From Candidatus Jorgensenbacteria bacterium GWA1_54_12 (GTDB lineage Bacteria > Patescibacteriota > Minisyncoccia > UBA6257 > GWB1-50-10): a stretch of DNA of 38,970 bases. Of this stretch, positions 7,464 to 16,888 are shown piece by piece; position 1 is the stretch's first letter, and every line of letters begins with the position of its first letter. Below the pieces are notes generated by a model. It was not told the DNA's origin. It ran no database searches and saw only the letters and a program-made list of their open reading frames with translations. The stretch covers positions 63,241-102,210 of the forward strand of contig MFKH01000010.1 in assembly GCA_001779505.1 (NCBI GenBank). The letters run 5' to 3'. The position numbers and the translations under genes were made by a program.

Positions 7464-10400
7464 ATGAGTACGTTAAAGAAATTAGCGATCGTAGCGCTTT
7501 CTGTCGTCACCATCGTCTCAACGAGCGGTGCGGCGAGCGCAGTAACACTTTCTGAACTGCAGGGCTTGAGCCGTGATGAGCTTTTGTCGCTCCTCACCCA
7601 GCTCTTGGCCGGAGGCACCACAACGACAACGGGCGGAACATCGTCTGTTGCATGCACCTTCACGCGCAACATGTATCCAGGCGTGTCGGGAGCTGACGTC
7701 AAGTGTCTTCAGCAGTACCTGAATGGTGCTGGCTACACCATCTCCACGAGCGGCGCCGGTGCTCCGGGCAGCGAATCGGAGTACTACGGGACCAAAACCC
7801 AGGCAGCCGTCAAAAAGTGGCAGGACGCCATGGGCTTGTCTTATGGCAGCTGGGGCGGCTATTTCGGTCCTTCTTCACGGGCTAAGTTCAGCCAGGTTGC
7901 AACCGGCGGAACGACAACCGGCGGAGGGGCAGTCATCGTTGTCCCGTCGGGCACCGGTCTCGTCGTTCAAACGGCGTCAGACAGCCCGGCAAAAAGAACG
8001 CTCGGTACGGGAACCGCGTTCAATCCGGTTCTCAAAGTGCAGTTCGCGGCCGGCTCAAGCGATGTCAGCATAACAAACGTCGTGCTGAACAAGAGCGGTT
8101 TCGTTGCGAACACAAATGTGAGCGGTATTGACGTAGTTGATGCAAAAGGCGTTCGCCACGGAAACGTGGTAACTGCCGTAAATGCAGACAACACCGTCAA
8201 CATTCCGTTCTCAACCCCAATCGTGGTAAAGGCGGGCACGTCTGAAACATTGACATTCCGCATGAACCTCGCCGGAGGGGATTACAGCGGCACCATCTCG
8301 CTCTCACTCGCATCGGTGACATCTAACGCATCAAGCGTGAGCGCGTCATTCCCGATCGCGGGCGTGGCGATGGACGTTGTAAACGGCGGCAACTCTCTGG
8401 CAAGCACAACCTTGGACGTCTTGACGTCCACCGGCTCGTCAACCTTGAACATTGACGCGGCGAGCTTGCAGGAGATCACAAAATTCCGTATCCAGGAGAC
8501 GTCATCAAACGAGGCAGTCTACCTCCACAGCATGACGCTCTACAACTATGGAAACGCGGATGACACCGACTACAAGGACGTAACCCTGGAAGCCCAGGAT
8601 GGCACGGTTTTGGCCGTTGCCCAGCCGAGCGGCCAGTGGACTGTCTTCAACCTGTCCTCAAACCCCTACAAGATTGATAAGGGGCAGACAAAAGACTTCA
8701 CGGTGAAGGCAAAGCTCGTTGATGGTGCGACGAAGACCCTTCGCCTCACCGTATACAACGACTACGACCTTGACTTGCGCGGTGCGACAACTGGTATCTC
8801 GGTCATTCCGGCAGCAGGGGCGTCAGTTGACTCATCCTTCCCGATTGGTGAGGGAGCGAACCTCCAGACCTTCGGGTCGGGTTCAGTGTCTTTGTCCCGC
8901 GCGTCCGACTCCCCGAGCTCATCAGTGGCACCAGGCGCGAGCGGCGTATCCTTGGCGAAGTTCATCGCCCGTCCGACGGGTGAGAGCTACGAGCTCCGCA
9001 AAGTGAGCTTCTACATCGCCTCGACCGGCAAAGCATTGACCGGCACGGTGTATGTGAAGATAAATGGCGCGACGGTGTACAGCGCGGCTGCATCGACATT
9101 CACGAGCGACAGCACTGCCGACACGGTTACGCTCTCGAGCTACACAACCTTGACAGCGGCGACTGACAACACGATTGAAATCGTGACCGACATTCAGTCA
9201 TCCGCAACCTCGTCAAGCTCGTACCAGGTCAAGTCATTTGACCTTGTGCAGGCGAAGCGCTTGATCACGGGCGACATCGTTGACCCAACCTCAAGCACAG
9301 GTATAGACGGTTACTCGCTCTCGGTTTCGTCCGGGGCGCTTGCGATAACAACCTTGGTTCAACCGCCGGCGGGCTCCGTCGTTGCGGGAACGGTGAACTA
9401 CGAGCTTGCTCGATTCACCCTGAACGCGAGCGCGGGAGGCGAGAACGTGAAAGTCTCAAAGATCACCATCACCCACAATGGGAGCTCAACCGTGGACACG
9501 AACCTCGGCAACTACAAGCTCTTTGTGGACGTGGATGGCGACGGCCTCTTCTCTGATGAATCGGCACAGGCCACAACCGCCTCAACCGACTCGTTCACGA
9601 GTGAAGACGGCGCAGACGACACGCTTGCATTCAACCTGCAAACACAGCTTGAAGTAGAGACCTCAAAGCCTCTTACCTTGAGCCTGCGGGCGGACGTGAA
9701 GTCTGGTGCAGTAACTGCCGAAACACACCGCTTCAACGTTGCGGAAAGCGTGACTGCAATAGGGAAGGGAACCGGCAACACCGTTACCCCGACCTACGCA
9801 GGCACCGGGCAGACGCAGACGCTTGTCGGCGCTGGTCAGATGACCCTGTCGCTCCTCTCGGGAAGCGGCAAGTCGCCGTCAACAAGCCAAGTGAAAGTAG
9901 TGGGAACCGACGAGGTAGTCTTCGCTTTCAAGGTGACGTCACAATATGAGTCAATGAAGACGAGGGCATTGCGGATTACCGCAACCTCGACGACCTCGCT
10001 CACGACGAGCACCTTGTCAAACATTCGGCTGTACGACGGCGACCCGGCATCAAGCGGCAAGCTCGTTGACACGAAACAGCAGTTTGACTGGTGTAACACG
10101 AGCTACTGCTACGTAGACTTCACCTCCGACGTCGACATCTTTGGTGTTGGCGAAGGCGGCAATGGCCCGATCACAACGACCGGGAAAGAAGTGTACGTGA
10201 AGGCAAAGATCAACGACCTCTCAAATCTTCCGAAGTGGGGCGACAACTTTGGCTTCAGCATAGCCGCGACGACGCATGTGTCGTCAACCGGCGTATCGTC
10301 CGCTTCAACGACGATCACCATAACCGGTACACCGACGGCAAGCGGGTACACCAACGTGGCACCCGCATACGTGAAGATAGAGAAGGTGAATGTTCCTGAC

Positions 10401-10964
10401 ACGACACCGGGAACCGGCGCGGGCATTACCGTTGCTCGGTTCAAGGTGACGAACATGAGCGGGAGCATCCCTGTCTATCTCTCCACGAGCACGTTCCAGT
10501 TCACCCAGAACGGCTCGGCGACAACAACCATGCATGTGACAGGCACTTCTACGTTCAAGATTCTCGCATCCGCGCAGAACGGTGGAGAAACTGACACGTC
10601 AGGCTGGAACAGCGGGGTTGGTTACTACGCAGCGAGAGGCACGACGGGCGCATCAACAACCATCTCCTTCACGACCTCTACCAACGCGACTTCTGGCATC
10701 ACGCCGACTGAAGCGAAGGTTGATGCAAACAGCCACCGCTATCTGACGATTCAGACAACGGTGGTGTCGGCGACGAACGACACGTATCAGCTGGCAGTGA
10801 GCGCCTTGGGCAATATCCTCTTCAACGTGTTTGAGAGCGATATAGGCCTGAGCGGTAACTACAATGGCACGTCAGGCGGAGATGTCGACACGACAGACCT
10901 CATCACAAGTCTTTACGTGGACGGCACGCCGGTCAGTGACATGGTTACTGCGGGCGGGAGCTAG
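7464..10964 (+). CDS. giant secreted cell-surface (S-layer-like) protein with N-terminal peptidoglycan-binding domain and repeated beta-rich modules
   Basis: 1166 aa. Signal peptide MSTLKKLAIVALSVVTIVSTSGAASA. PG_binding_1-like segment GVSGADVKCLQQYLNGAGY...YYGTKTQAAVKKWQDAMGL. The rest is T/S/G/V-rich with about six divergent repeats. Confidence 0.85.
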   Translation: MSTLKKLAIVALSVVTIVSTSGAASAVTLSELQGLSRDELLSLLTQLLAGGTTTTTGGTSSVACTFTRNMYPGVSGADVKCLQQYLNGAGYTISTSGAGAPGSESEYYGTKTQAAVKKWQDAMGLSYGSWGGYFGPSSRAKFSQVATGGTTTGGGAVIVVPSGTGLVVQTASDSPAKRTLGTGTAFNPVLKVQFAAGSSDVSITNVVLNKSGFVANTNVSGIDVVDAKGVRHGNVVTAVNADNTVNIPFSTPIVVKAGTSETLTFRMNLAGGDYSGTISLSLASVTSNASSVSASFPIAGVAMDVVNGGNSLASTTLDVLTSTGSSTLNIDAASLQEITKFRIQETSSNEAVYLHSMTLYNYGNADDTDYKDVTLEAQDGTVLAVAQPSGQWTVFNLSSNPYKIDKGQTKDFTVKAKLVDGATKTLRLTVYNDYDLDLRGATTGISVIPAAGASVDSSFPIGEGANLQTFGSGSVSLSRASDSPSSSVAPGASGVSLAKFIARPTGESYELRKVSFYIASTGKALTGTVYVKINGATVYSAAASTFTSDSTADTVTLSSYTTLTAATDNTIEIVTDIQSSATSSSSYQVKSFDLVQAKRLITGDIVDPTSSTGIDGYSLSVSSGALAITTLVQPPAGSVVAGTVNYELARFTLNASAGGENVKVSKITITHNGSSTVDTNLGNYKLFVDVDGDGLFSDESAQATTASTDSFTSEDGADDTLAFNLQTQLEVETSKPLTLSLRADVKSGAVTAETHRFNVAESVTAIGKGTGNTVTPTYAGTGQTQTLVGAGQMTLSLLSGSGKSPSTSQVKVVGTDEVVFAFKVTSQYESMKTRALRITATSTTSLTTSTLSNIRLYDGDPASSGKLVDTKQQFDWCNTSYCYVDFTSDVDIFGVGEGGNGPITTTGKEVYVKAKINDLSNLPKWGDNFGFSIAATTHVSSTGVSSASTTITITGTPTASGYTNVAPAYVKIEKVNVPDTTPGTGAGITVARFKVTNMSGSIPVYLSTSTFQFTQNGSATTTMHVTGTSTFKILASAQNGGETDTSGWNSGVGYYAARGTTGASTTISFTTSTNATSGITPTEAKVDANSHRYLTIQTTVVSATNDTYQLAVSALGNILFNVFESDIGLSGNYNGTSGGDVDTTDLITSLYVDGTPVSDMVTAGGS

Positions 10965-11002
10965 TGATTGTCTTGGTTTTGCGGTAGCACATAACCGTTA
11001 TC

Positions 11003-11031
11003 AAAGCCCCGCCTCGGCGGGGCTTTGGTTT
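11003..11031 (+). terminator. rho-independent terminator after the surface-protein gene
   Basis: 10-bp GC-rich stem AAAGCCCCGC / GCGGGGCTTT with a CTCG loop, followed by GGTTT. Lies 39 nt after the stop at 10964. Confidence 0.8.
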
Positions 11032-11058
11032 CACCAAGAGGTGAGGTACACTTTATCC

Positions 11059-12420
11059 ATGGACTTTTTTAAAGCAGCGCGCTTTCTCATTTATCTCATC
11101 CCCCTGGGAATTGTTATCGTTACACCATCAACGCTTTTCCCATTTATCGTCGGGAAGTATGTATGGTTCCGAACATTGAGTGCGCTCGCACTTATCTTCT
11201 TTCTCATAGGAATCACACGTGACCGCGAGGGAAGTGTGTATCTGAAGCGATTAAAGGAACTTGTGCGGTCGCCACTCGCGATTGCCGTGACCGCGTTTAC
11301 CACTCTCTATGTTCTTGCCGGCTTTACGGGCATAGACCCACATCTCTCATTCTGGTCAAACTTTGAGCGCGGCGAGGGAGGGCTTCAAATATTGCATTTG
11401 TGGGTATTTTTCATCCTTTCAGTTACGCTTTTGCGTACGCCGAAGGAATGGCTCGCACTTCTCAAAACAAGTGTCGCAGGAGCGGTTCTTATGATTCTCT
11501 ACGGCATTGGCGCCGGGCTTAACTACGCAGGCATCGCGGAATTCAAAAACTTTATTGGCGTTCCCTTCGGCGAGCGGTTCCAAGGGTCCGTCGGCAACTC
11601 GGCATACGTCGCCGTCTACCTTCTCTTTGGCGCCTTTTTTACAGCGCTCCTTATCCGCGCGGAAAAGATAAAGAAAAAGAAGTGGTTTCTTGCCGGAATC
11701 GTTGCTCTCTGCGCCGTGTTCTTCGTTCTCGCGGCGACGCGCGGCGCTATGGTTGGTCTTGTTTTAGGGCTTTGTTTTACGCTCGTTTTTATTGCCGTGC
11801 GAGCAAAGCAATGGCGCAAGTGGGTTGTGGGGACTTTCATTGTACTTGCAGTTCTTTTAGGAACTCTCTACATGTTGAAGGGCACGCCGGCAGTGCAGAA
11901 ATTGCCTTTCGCACGGCTTTTGGACATCTCGTTTTCAGCAACGACGTTCCGGCACCGCCTTGCCGCATGGGACATCGCGTGGAAAGGATTTCTGGAGCGC
12001 CCCGTCTTGGGCTGGGGACCAGGGAACTACATTCATCTCTTTAGCCGGATACACCACCCCGCGTTTTTTGACGTGGAAAGCGGAAATTATGGTGCGTGGT
12101 TTGACCGTGCGCACAGCATCTTCTTTGACTATCTCGCGGAATCGGGTGCGGTGGGGCTTACAGCCTTCATAAGCATCTTCGCCGCCTTAGGGTGGAGAAT
12201 ATGGCGCGCACCCAAGGAAGAGTCCGCCGGGGGCGCCCGCCTGCCGGAGAGGCAGGAATCCTCCGATACCGGTGTGCGGGCGCTCGCCTTGGGAGTTATG
12301 GTTGCGTATCTTATTCAAGGACTCGTGCTTTTTAACGTCTTAGCAATATACCTCCCGCTTATAACATTTCTTGCATGGAACGAATCCAGGTTTAATCGGA
12401 AACTGTCGGTAAACACATGA
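11059..12420 (+). CDS. O-antigen ligase / PglL-type (Wzy_C family) polytopic membrane protein
   Basis: Multi-pass membrane protein with family-typical strings LAATRGAMVGLVLGL and RAHSIFFDYLAESGAVGL in a large loop region. Start set at ATG 11059 (MDFFKAARF), downstream of the terminator. The 10864 ORF extension overlaps the previous gene. Confidence 0.8.
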   Translation: MDFFKAARFLIYLIPLGIVIVTPSTLFPFIVGKYVWFRTLSALALIFFLIGITRDREGSVYLKRLKELVRSPLAIAVTAFTTLYVLAGFTGIDPHLSFWSNFERGEGGLQILHLWVFFILSVTLLRTPKEWLALLKTSVAGAVLMILYGIGAGLNYAGIAEFKNFIGVPFGERFQGSVGNSAYVAVYLLFGAFFTALLIRAEKIKKKKWFLAGIVALCAVFFVLAATRGAMVGLVLGLCFTLVFIAVRAKQWRKWVVGTFIVLAVLLGTLYMLKGTPAVQKLPFARLLDISFSATTFRHRLAAWDIAWKGFLERPVLGWGPGNYIHLFSRIHHPAFFDVESGNYGAWFDRAHSIFFDYLAESGAVGLTAFISIFAALGWRIWRAPKEESAGGARLPERQESSDTGVRALALGVMVAYLIQGLVLFNVLAIYLPLITFLAWNESRFNRKLSVNT

Positions 12421-13004
12421 AGACGTTCCATAAAGCAATTATCGGTACGCTTTTTATTCTCTCACTCCTCTCCATATATTACGGAGCGTATCGCCCTTTC
12501 GTGAAGTCGCAAATGTATCTTCGTGCCCAGCGTGCTGCGATGCTGGTGCACAATACTGATGAGGTAGAACGAATATTCAGCGAAGTGTTTGATTACGCAT
12601 CTCCGATTGGCGAAGAAGAAATCGTCAAATTTTCCTTGGAGTTTGTGCAGAACGCGATGTATGCACCGGACGCTTCGGAAGAAGCAATCCTCGACCTCCT
12701 ACAATATGTGGAAGAGAGGATTGACGAGAGAGATATTATTCATCTCGTACAGATGGGGAACGCCTATGATGCTCTCTGGCGCAATACGGGGAATGAAAAA
12801 TATTTCACGAGAGCAGAGGAATACTACAAAAAGGTACTCGCCGCGGGGCCGCGCCTCCCACAAGGCCTCTACAGCATGTTTAACCTTTACGGCGCGGCAG
12901 GCATGGCGGATGAGCTTCGAGCCATAGCCAAGCGTATTTTGGCTATCTGGCCGGAAGATGAACGGGTGCAGAAAGTGCTTAAGACCATTGAATCGGGCAT
13001 ATAA
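12417..13004 (+). CDS. membrane-anchored helical-repeat (TPR-like) protein
   Basis: N-terminal TM helix (IIGTLFILSLLSIYY), then helical-repeat-like sequence (YFTRAEEYYKKVLAAGPRLPQGLYSMFNLYGAAG). ATGA overlap with the upstream Wzy_C gene. Confidence 0.65.
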   Translation: MKTFHKAIIGTLFILSLLSIYYGAYRPFVKSQMYLRAQRAAMLVHNTDEVERIFSEVFDYASPIGEEEIVKFSLEFVQNAMYAPDASEEAILDLLQYVEERIDERDIIHLVQMGNAYDALWRNTGNEKYFTRAEEYYKKVLAAGPRLPQGLYSMFNLYGAAGMADELRAIAKRILAIWPEDERVQKVLKTIESGI

Positions 13005-13010
13005 AGTATT

Positions 13011-14153
13011 ATGGGAAATACCGCGCGGCAGCCGCTCGTTTCAATCGTTATCACGCTCTACAATGGAGCCCGTTTTATCTCATGGCCGCTTTTATCGTGC
13101 ATGCATCAGACGTATCGGAATTTAGACATTCTCGTTTTGGACGATGCGAGCACCGACGATACCGAAGCAGTCGTAAAGCAGTATGCGGAGCAGGACAAGC
13201 GTATACGATATGTCCGAAACGAAAAAAACATTGGTTATGCACGGAGTTTGCATAAAGTGGCCTGGCTTGCAATGGGAGAGTATGTTCAACTGCTGGGAGC
13301 AGATGATTGGCTGGAAAGGAACTATATTGAAACGGTTGTTGAGGAATTTGAAAAGCACCCGAAGGCGGCGTGCGTTGCGGCCGAGATTATATCCCTGCGC
13401 ATCATGCCCGAAGGGAACTTCAAGCTTATAGACGGGTATCTCCCAAAAAAGAAAACAATATCAAAAGACACTTTTATTCGAAGTGTGTACCGATCGGACG
13501 TTGGTTCCACACTCACCCCGCTCGCCTTGTTCCGAAAAGAGGATTTCCTTGAAAGCGCTGGTTTTATGAAAGAAATGTTCGAACACCCCCCTCAAAATGT
13601 TCCTCCAGAGCTTCCTGCTTTGCAGCTCAAAGGACATGGAACAGGAGACCTCTTCCTTTTAAAAACAATTCATAAGTATGACTATCTCATACTCACAGAT
13701 AAGACGGCGTTTATGAAAACAGAGCACTTCGAAAACGCGAACAAGCCTCACAATCTCACAATCGACTGGACAAGTGCGGGCAGGATTCTCCGCTCGTACT
13801 ACTACGGGCGGCTTGGTTTTGAATATCTTTTCAGAAACGCATACCGAAACTTTTGGGCTGGTTTTCGCCTGTTTTTTGGAACAGACCCCTTTGTTTCAAT
13901 ATTCGTCACATTTGTAAAGCAAAACTTCAAGTACGATTTCTTCTCCGACCTGAAAAGGGAAGATATGAAAACGTATTTCGCCGATTACTCTCTTTTTGAA
14001 AAGATCGTATCGGCGTTTTTTCTGCCGATTCATTTTATGGCGCGCGCCGCTCACTTTCTTTTTATAAGACCCCTTGACACCTCACGGAGACACGACATAA
14101 ACGTGCGCCAACAGGGCTACTTTCTGGACGAGGCCGGTCGCTTCCAGGCGTAG
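13011..14153 (+). CDS. family 2 glycosyltransferase with extended C-terminal region
   Basis: VSIVITLYNGARFI, LDDASTDDT and GADDWL (DxD-type) motifs typical of GT-A/GT2. Confidence 0.85.
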   Translation: MGNTARQPLVSIVITLYNGARFISWPLLSCMHQTYRNLDILVLDDASTDDTEAVVKQYAEQDKRIRYVRNEKNIGYARSLHKVAWLAMGEYVQLLGADDWLERNYIETVVEEFEKHPKAACVAAEIISLRIMPEGNFKLIDGYLPKKKTISKDTFIRSVYRSDVGSTLTPLALFRKEDFLESAGFMKEMFEHPPQNVPPELPALQLKGHGTGDLFLLKTIHKYDYLILTDKTAFMKTEHFENANKPHNLTIDWTSAGRILRSYYYGRLGFEYLFRNAYRNFWAGFRLFFGTDPFVSIFVTFVKQNFKYDFFSDLKREDMKTYFADYSLFEKIVSAFFLPIHFMARAAHFLFIRPLDTSRRHDINVRQQGYFLDEAGRFQA

Positions 14154-14192
14154 CCGTTTGATTTGTTCGGGCAAGGACAGTATTGTGTAGGC

Positions 14193-15188
14193 ATGAAAAG
14201 AGCTCTCATTACCGGTATAACTGGTCAAGACGGGTCGTACCTTGCCGAACTTCTCCTTGAGAAGGGGTATGAAGTCCGCGGCACAATCCGCCGCTCGAGC
14301 CATTTCAACACCTCCCGCATAGACGATTTGTTTGAAAATGAGCGATTCGGCACATACTATGCCGACCTTATGGACCCAATTTCCATAGGGAACGCAATAT
14401 CGGATTTTGCTCCAGATGAGATTTATAACCTGGGAGCGATGAGTTATGTGAAAGTATCGTTTGACATTCCTGCCTTTACCATCCAAACGAATGCGGTGGG
14501 ACTGCTCAATATTCTGGAATATGTGCGGGGACATGCCCCTCAAACGAAAATATATCAGGCATCAAGTTCAGAAATGTTCGGCGCATCGCGCAGCAAACCA
14601 CCTTTCAACGAGCAATCGGAATTCAGGCCTCAAAGCCCGTATGGAGTCGCAAAACTTGCCGCATTTCATCTTATGCGCAACTATCGCGAGGGGTACGGCC
14701 TTTTTGCCGCGACAGGAATCCTTTTCAATCACGAAAGCCCCCGGCGCGGAGAGGTCTTCGTTACGCGGAAAATTACCCGTGGCGTGGCGGCAATATTGAA
14801 GGGAAAGACCAAGAAACTGGAGTTCGGAAACCTGGACTCCGTGCGCGATTGGGGGCATTCAAAAGATTACGTAAAAGCGATTCATCTCATTCTCCAGCAG
14901 GAAAAACCGGACGAGTACATTGTTGCAACAGGAGAGGCGCACAGCATCAAGGAAGCGCTTGAGTTCTGTTTCAACGAAGTAGGATTGAATTGGAAGGATT
15001 ATGTGGAAACAAACCCGCGATATTTCCGTCCGAACGAGGTGCCGTACCTCCAAGGAGACGCAAGCAGAATCCGCGCCTTGGGATGGAAGCCGGAGTACGG
15101 ATGGAAAGAGACACTGCGGGAGATGCTACAGCACGATATTGAGCACTTTGATGGATTCCCGTCCCGGTTCAGGAAAATAGAGAAATAA
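14193..15188 (+). CDS. gmd: GDP-mannose 4,6-dehydratase
   Basis: MKRALITGITGQDGSYLAELLL, YQASSSEMFG, SPYGVAKL, LFNHESPRRG and GNLDSVRDWGHSKDYV. Start at ATG 14193. Confidence 0.93.
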   Translation: MKRALITGITGQDGSYLAELLLEKGYEVRGTIRRSSHFNTSRIDDLFENERFGTYYADLMDPISIGNAISDFAPDEIYNLGAMSYVKVSFDIPAFTIQTNAVGLLNILEYVRGHAPQTKIYQASSSEMFGASRSKPPFNEQSEFRPQSPYGVAKLAAFHLMRNYREGYGLFAATGILFNHESPRRGEVFVTRKITRGVAAILKGKTKKLEFGNLDSVRDWGHSKDYVKAIHLILQQEKPDEYIVATGEAHSIKEALEFCFNEVGLNWKDYVETNPRYFRPNEVPYLQGDASRIRALGWKPEYGWKETLREMLQHDIEHFDGFPSRFRKIEK

Positions 15189-15977
15189 ATGGAAAAAGGA
15201 GACCGCGGATCGGCTCTCAAGAAAATACGGGTGGAAGTGCTCAACATGGTGCGTGCCGCAGGGGAAGGGCACGTACCGAGCGCATTTTCTGTTATAGAAA
15301 TCTTATATGCATTGTATTCTCGCATGGGCGAGCGCGACAGGTTTTTCTTGAGTAAGGGGCATGCAAGTACGGCGCTCTACGCAACACTGGCGCACTTTGG
15401 TGCTTTGAATGAGCGCGAACTTCAAACATATGGGAAATATAATTCCGCGCTCGGCGGGCATCCTCATCGGAACGAGAAGAAAGGAATCATGAATTCTTCC
15501 GGTTCGCTGGGACACGGATTTCCTGTGGCCGCCGGCTATGCGCTCTCGCTCCGTTTGAAGCGGGGCGGCGGGCGCGTTTTTTGCCTCGTGGGGGACGGGG
15601 AATGCAATGAGGGGACGATATGGGAAACAGCACTCCTCGCGTCGCACCTGAAGCTTCGTGAATTGGTGTGCGTTGTGGATAATAACGGCTCACAGACAAG
15701 AGCTGTGCCTTCGGGAGACCTTGCGGAGAAATTCAGGAGTTTTGGATGGAACGCGGTGGAAGTTAAAAACGGACACCGAGTGAACGATTTAGAAAACGCG
15801 ATATTCGCAGAACGCGGCGATGACGAGAGGCCGTATTGCGTCGTTGCGCATACAAAAAAAGGAAAGGGAGTCCGAGAGATGGAGGAAAACCATTTTGCTT
15901 GGCATCACCGGGCACCCACTCCGGAAGAATACGAACGGTTCGTCAAGGAGATTATGGGGAGCCCCGAAGAAGCATGA
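15189..15977 (+). CDS. transketolase, N-terminal (ThDP-binding) subunit
   Basis: GHVPSAFSVIEILYALY, GSLGHGFPVAAG and LVGDGECNEGTIWE. The ATG directly abuts the gmd stop. Confidence 0.9.
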   Translation: MEKGDRGSALKKIRVEVLNMVRAAGEGHVPSAFSVIEILYALYSRMGERDRFFLSKGHASTALYATLAHFGALNERELQTYGKYNSALGGHPHRNEKKGIMNSSGSLGHGFPVAAGYALSLRLKRGGGRVFCLVGDGECNEGTIWETALLASHLKLRELVCVVDNNGSQTRAVPSGDLAEKFRSFGWNAVEVKNGHRVNDLENAIFAERGDDERPYCVVAHTKKGKGVREMEENHFAWHHRAPTPEEYERFVKEIMGSPEEA

Positions 15978-16888
15978 GAAAGCAATTTGCAAAGACCCTT
16001 CTTGAGACCGGCGCGGACGAGCGCGTTGCGGTGCTTTTGGGAGACCTTGGCCATTTCCTCTTGCGTGATTTTGAAGCGCGCTACCCTTCGCGGTTTTTCA
16101 ATATGGGCATTGCGGAACAATCTATGATGAGCATGGCGGCAGGACTCGCCTTGGGAGGATTTTTCCCCGTTGTGCACAGCATTACGCCATTCATCACCGA
16201 ACGGTGTTTTGAGCAGATAAAAGACGATTTGTGTTACCAGAACACCGGTGTGAATATTGTGAGCGTCGGGAGTGCATTTGACTATGCCGCACTCGGGTGC
16301 ACTCACCATTCATATGACGATATAGGCATATTGCGCACTCTTCCGCGGATGCAAATCGTGTACCCTGCCGCACCTCATGAATTTGACATCCTTTTTAAGG
16401 AGGCGTATGCGAATGGCGCGCCGACTTATTTCCGTCTGCCGGAACATATCCACTCGCTTTCCACCCACCCGAAGTTCGGCGAGGTGGAACAGATGCGTGA
16501 AGGGAACGTTGTGACCGTGATTGCCGCAGGTCCGCAGCTCCAAAACGCGTGGGAAGCGGCTGAAGAAGCTGCGCGCGCAGGCGTGTTGTGCGACTTGTGG
16601 TACGTGACGACCATAAAACCCCTAAGCGCCGCATCGGAAAAGGCGATTGCGGCGAGCGTCGCAAAAACAGGGAAGGTGGTGACTGTTGAGGAACATTCTG
16701 TTATTGGCGGTATCGGAGACCTTATTGCCCTCATATGCGGAGGAGAACGGTTCACACATGTCCGCCTCGGCGTCAACGATAAATTCTTGGAGTGTTACGG
16801 AACATACGAGGAACATTGTAAGGCAAACGGTCTCACAAAAGAAAACATATTAAAAGCAATCCATGACAGCGCGGGAAGAAATCGTTAA
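15974..16888 (+). CDS. transketolase, C-terminal (pyrimidine-binding) subunit
   Basis: FFNMGIAEQSMMSMAAGLALGG and GCTHHSYDDIGILRTLP. ATGA overlap with the N-terminal subunit gene. The ORF-track start 15836 is rejected as an out-of-context extension. Confidence 0.9.
   Translation: MRKQFAKTLLETGADERVAVLLGDLGHFLLRDFEARYPSRFFNMGIAEQSMMSMAAGLALGGFFPVVHSITPFITERCFEQIKDDLCYQNTGVNIVSVGSAFDYAALGCTHHSYDDIGILRTLPRMQIVYPAAPHEFDILFKEAYANGAPTYFRLPEHIHSLSTHPKFGEVEQMREGNVVTVIAAGPQLQNAWEAAEEAARAGVLCDLWYVTTIKPLSAASEKAIAASVAKTGKVVTVEEHSVIGGIGDLIALICGGERFTHVRLGVNDKFLECYGTYEEHCKANGLTKENILKAIHDSAGRNR

Noticed and set aside
10864-11058. 5' extensions of track ORFs, at track starts 2572, 3785, 10864, 14163, 15836, 17854, 21836, 25160 (a TTG), 26124, 26594, 27631 and 35607.
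   Set aside because: The extensions run through the 3' end of the preceding gene, or across the terminator in the case of 10864. They encode R/C-rich out-of-context sequence. An internal ATG at or just after the upstream stop gives the canonical family N-terminus.
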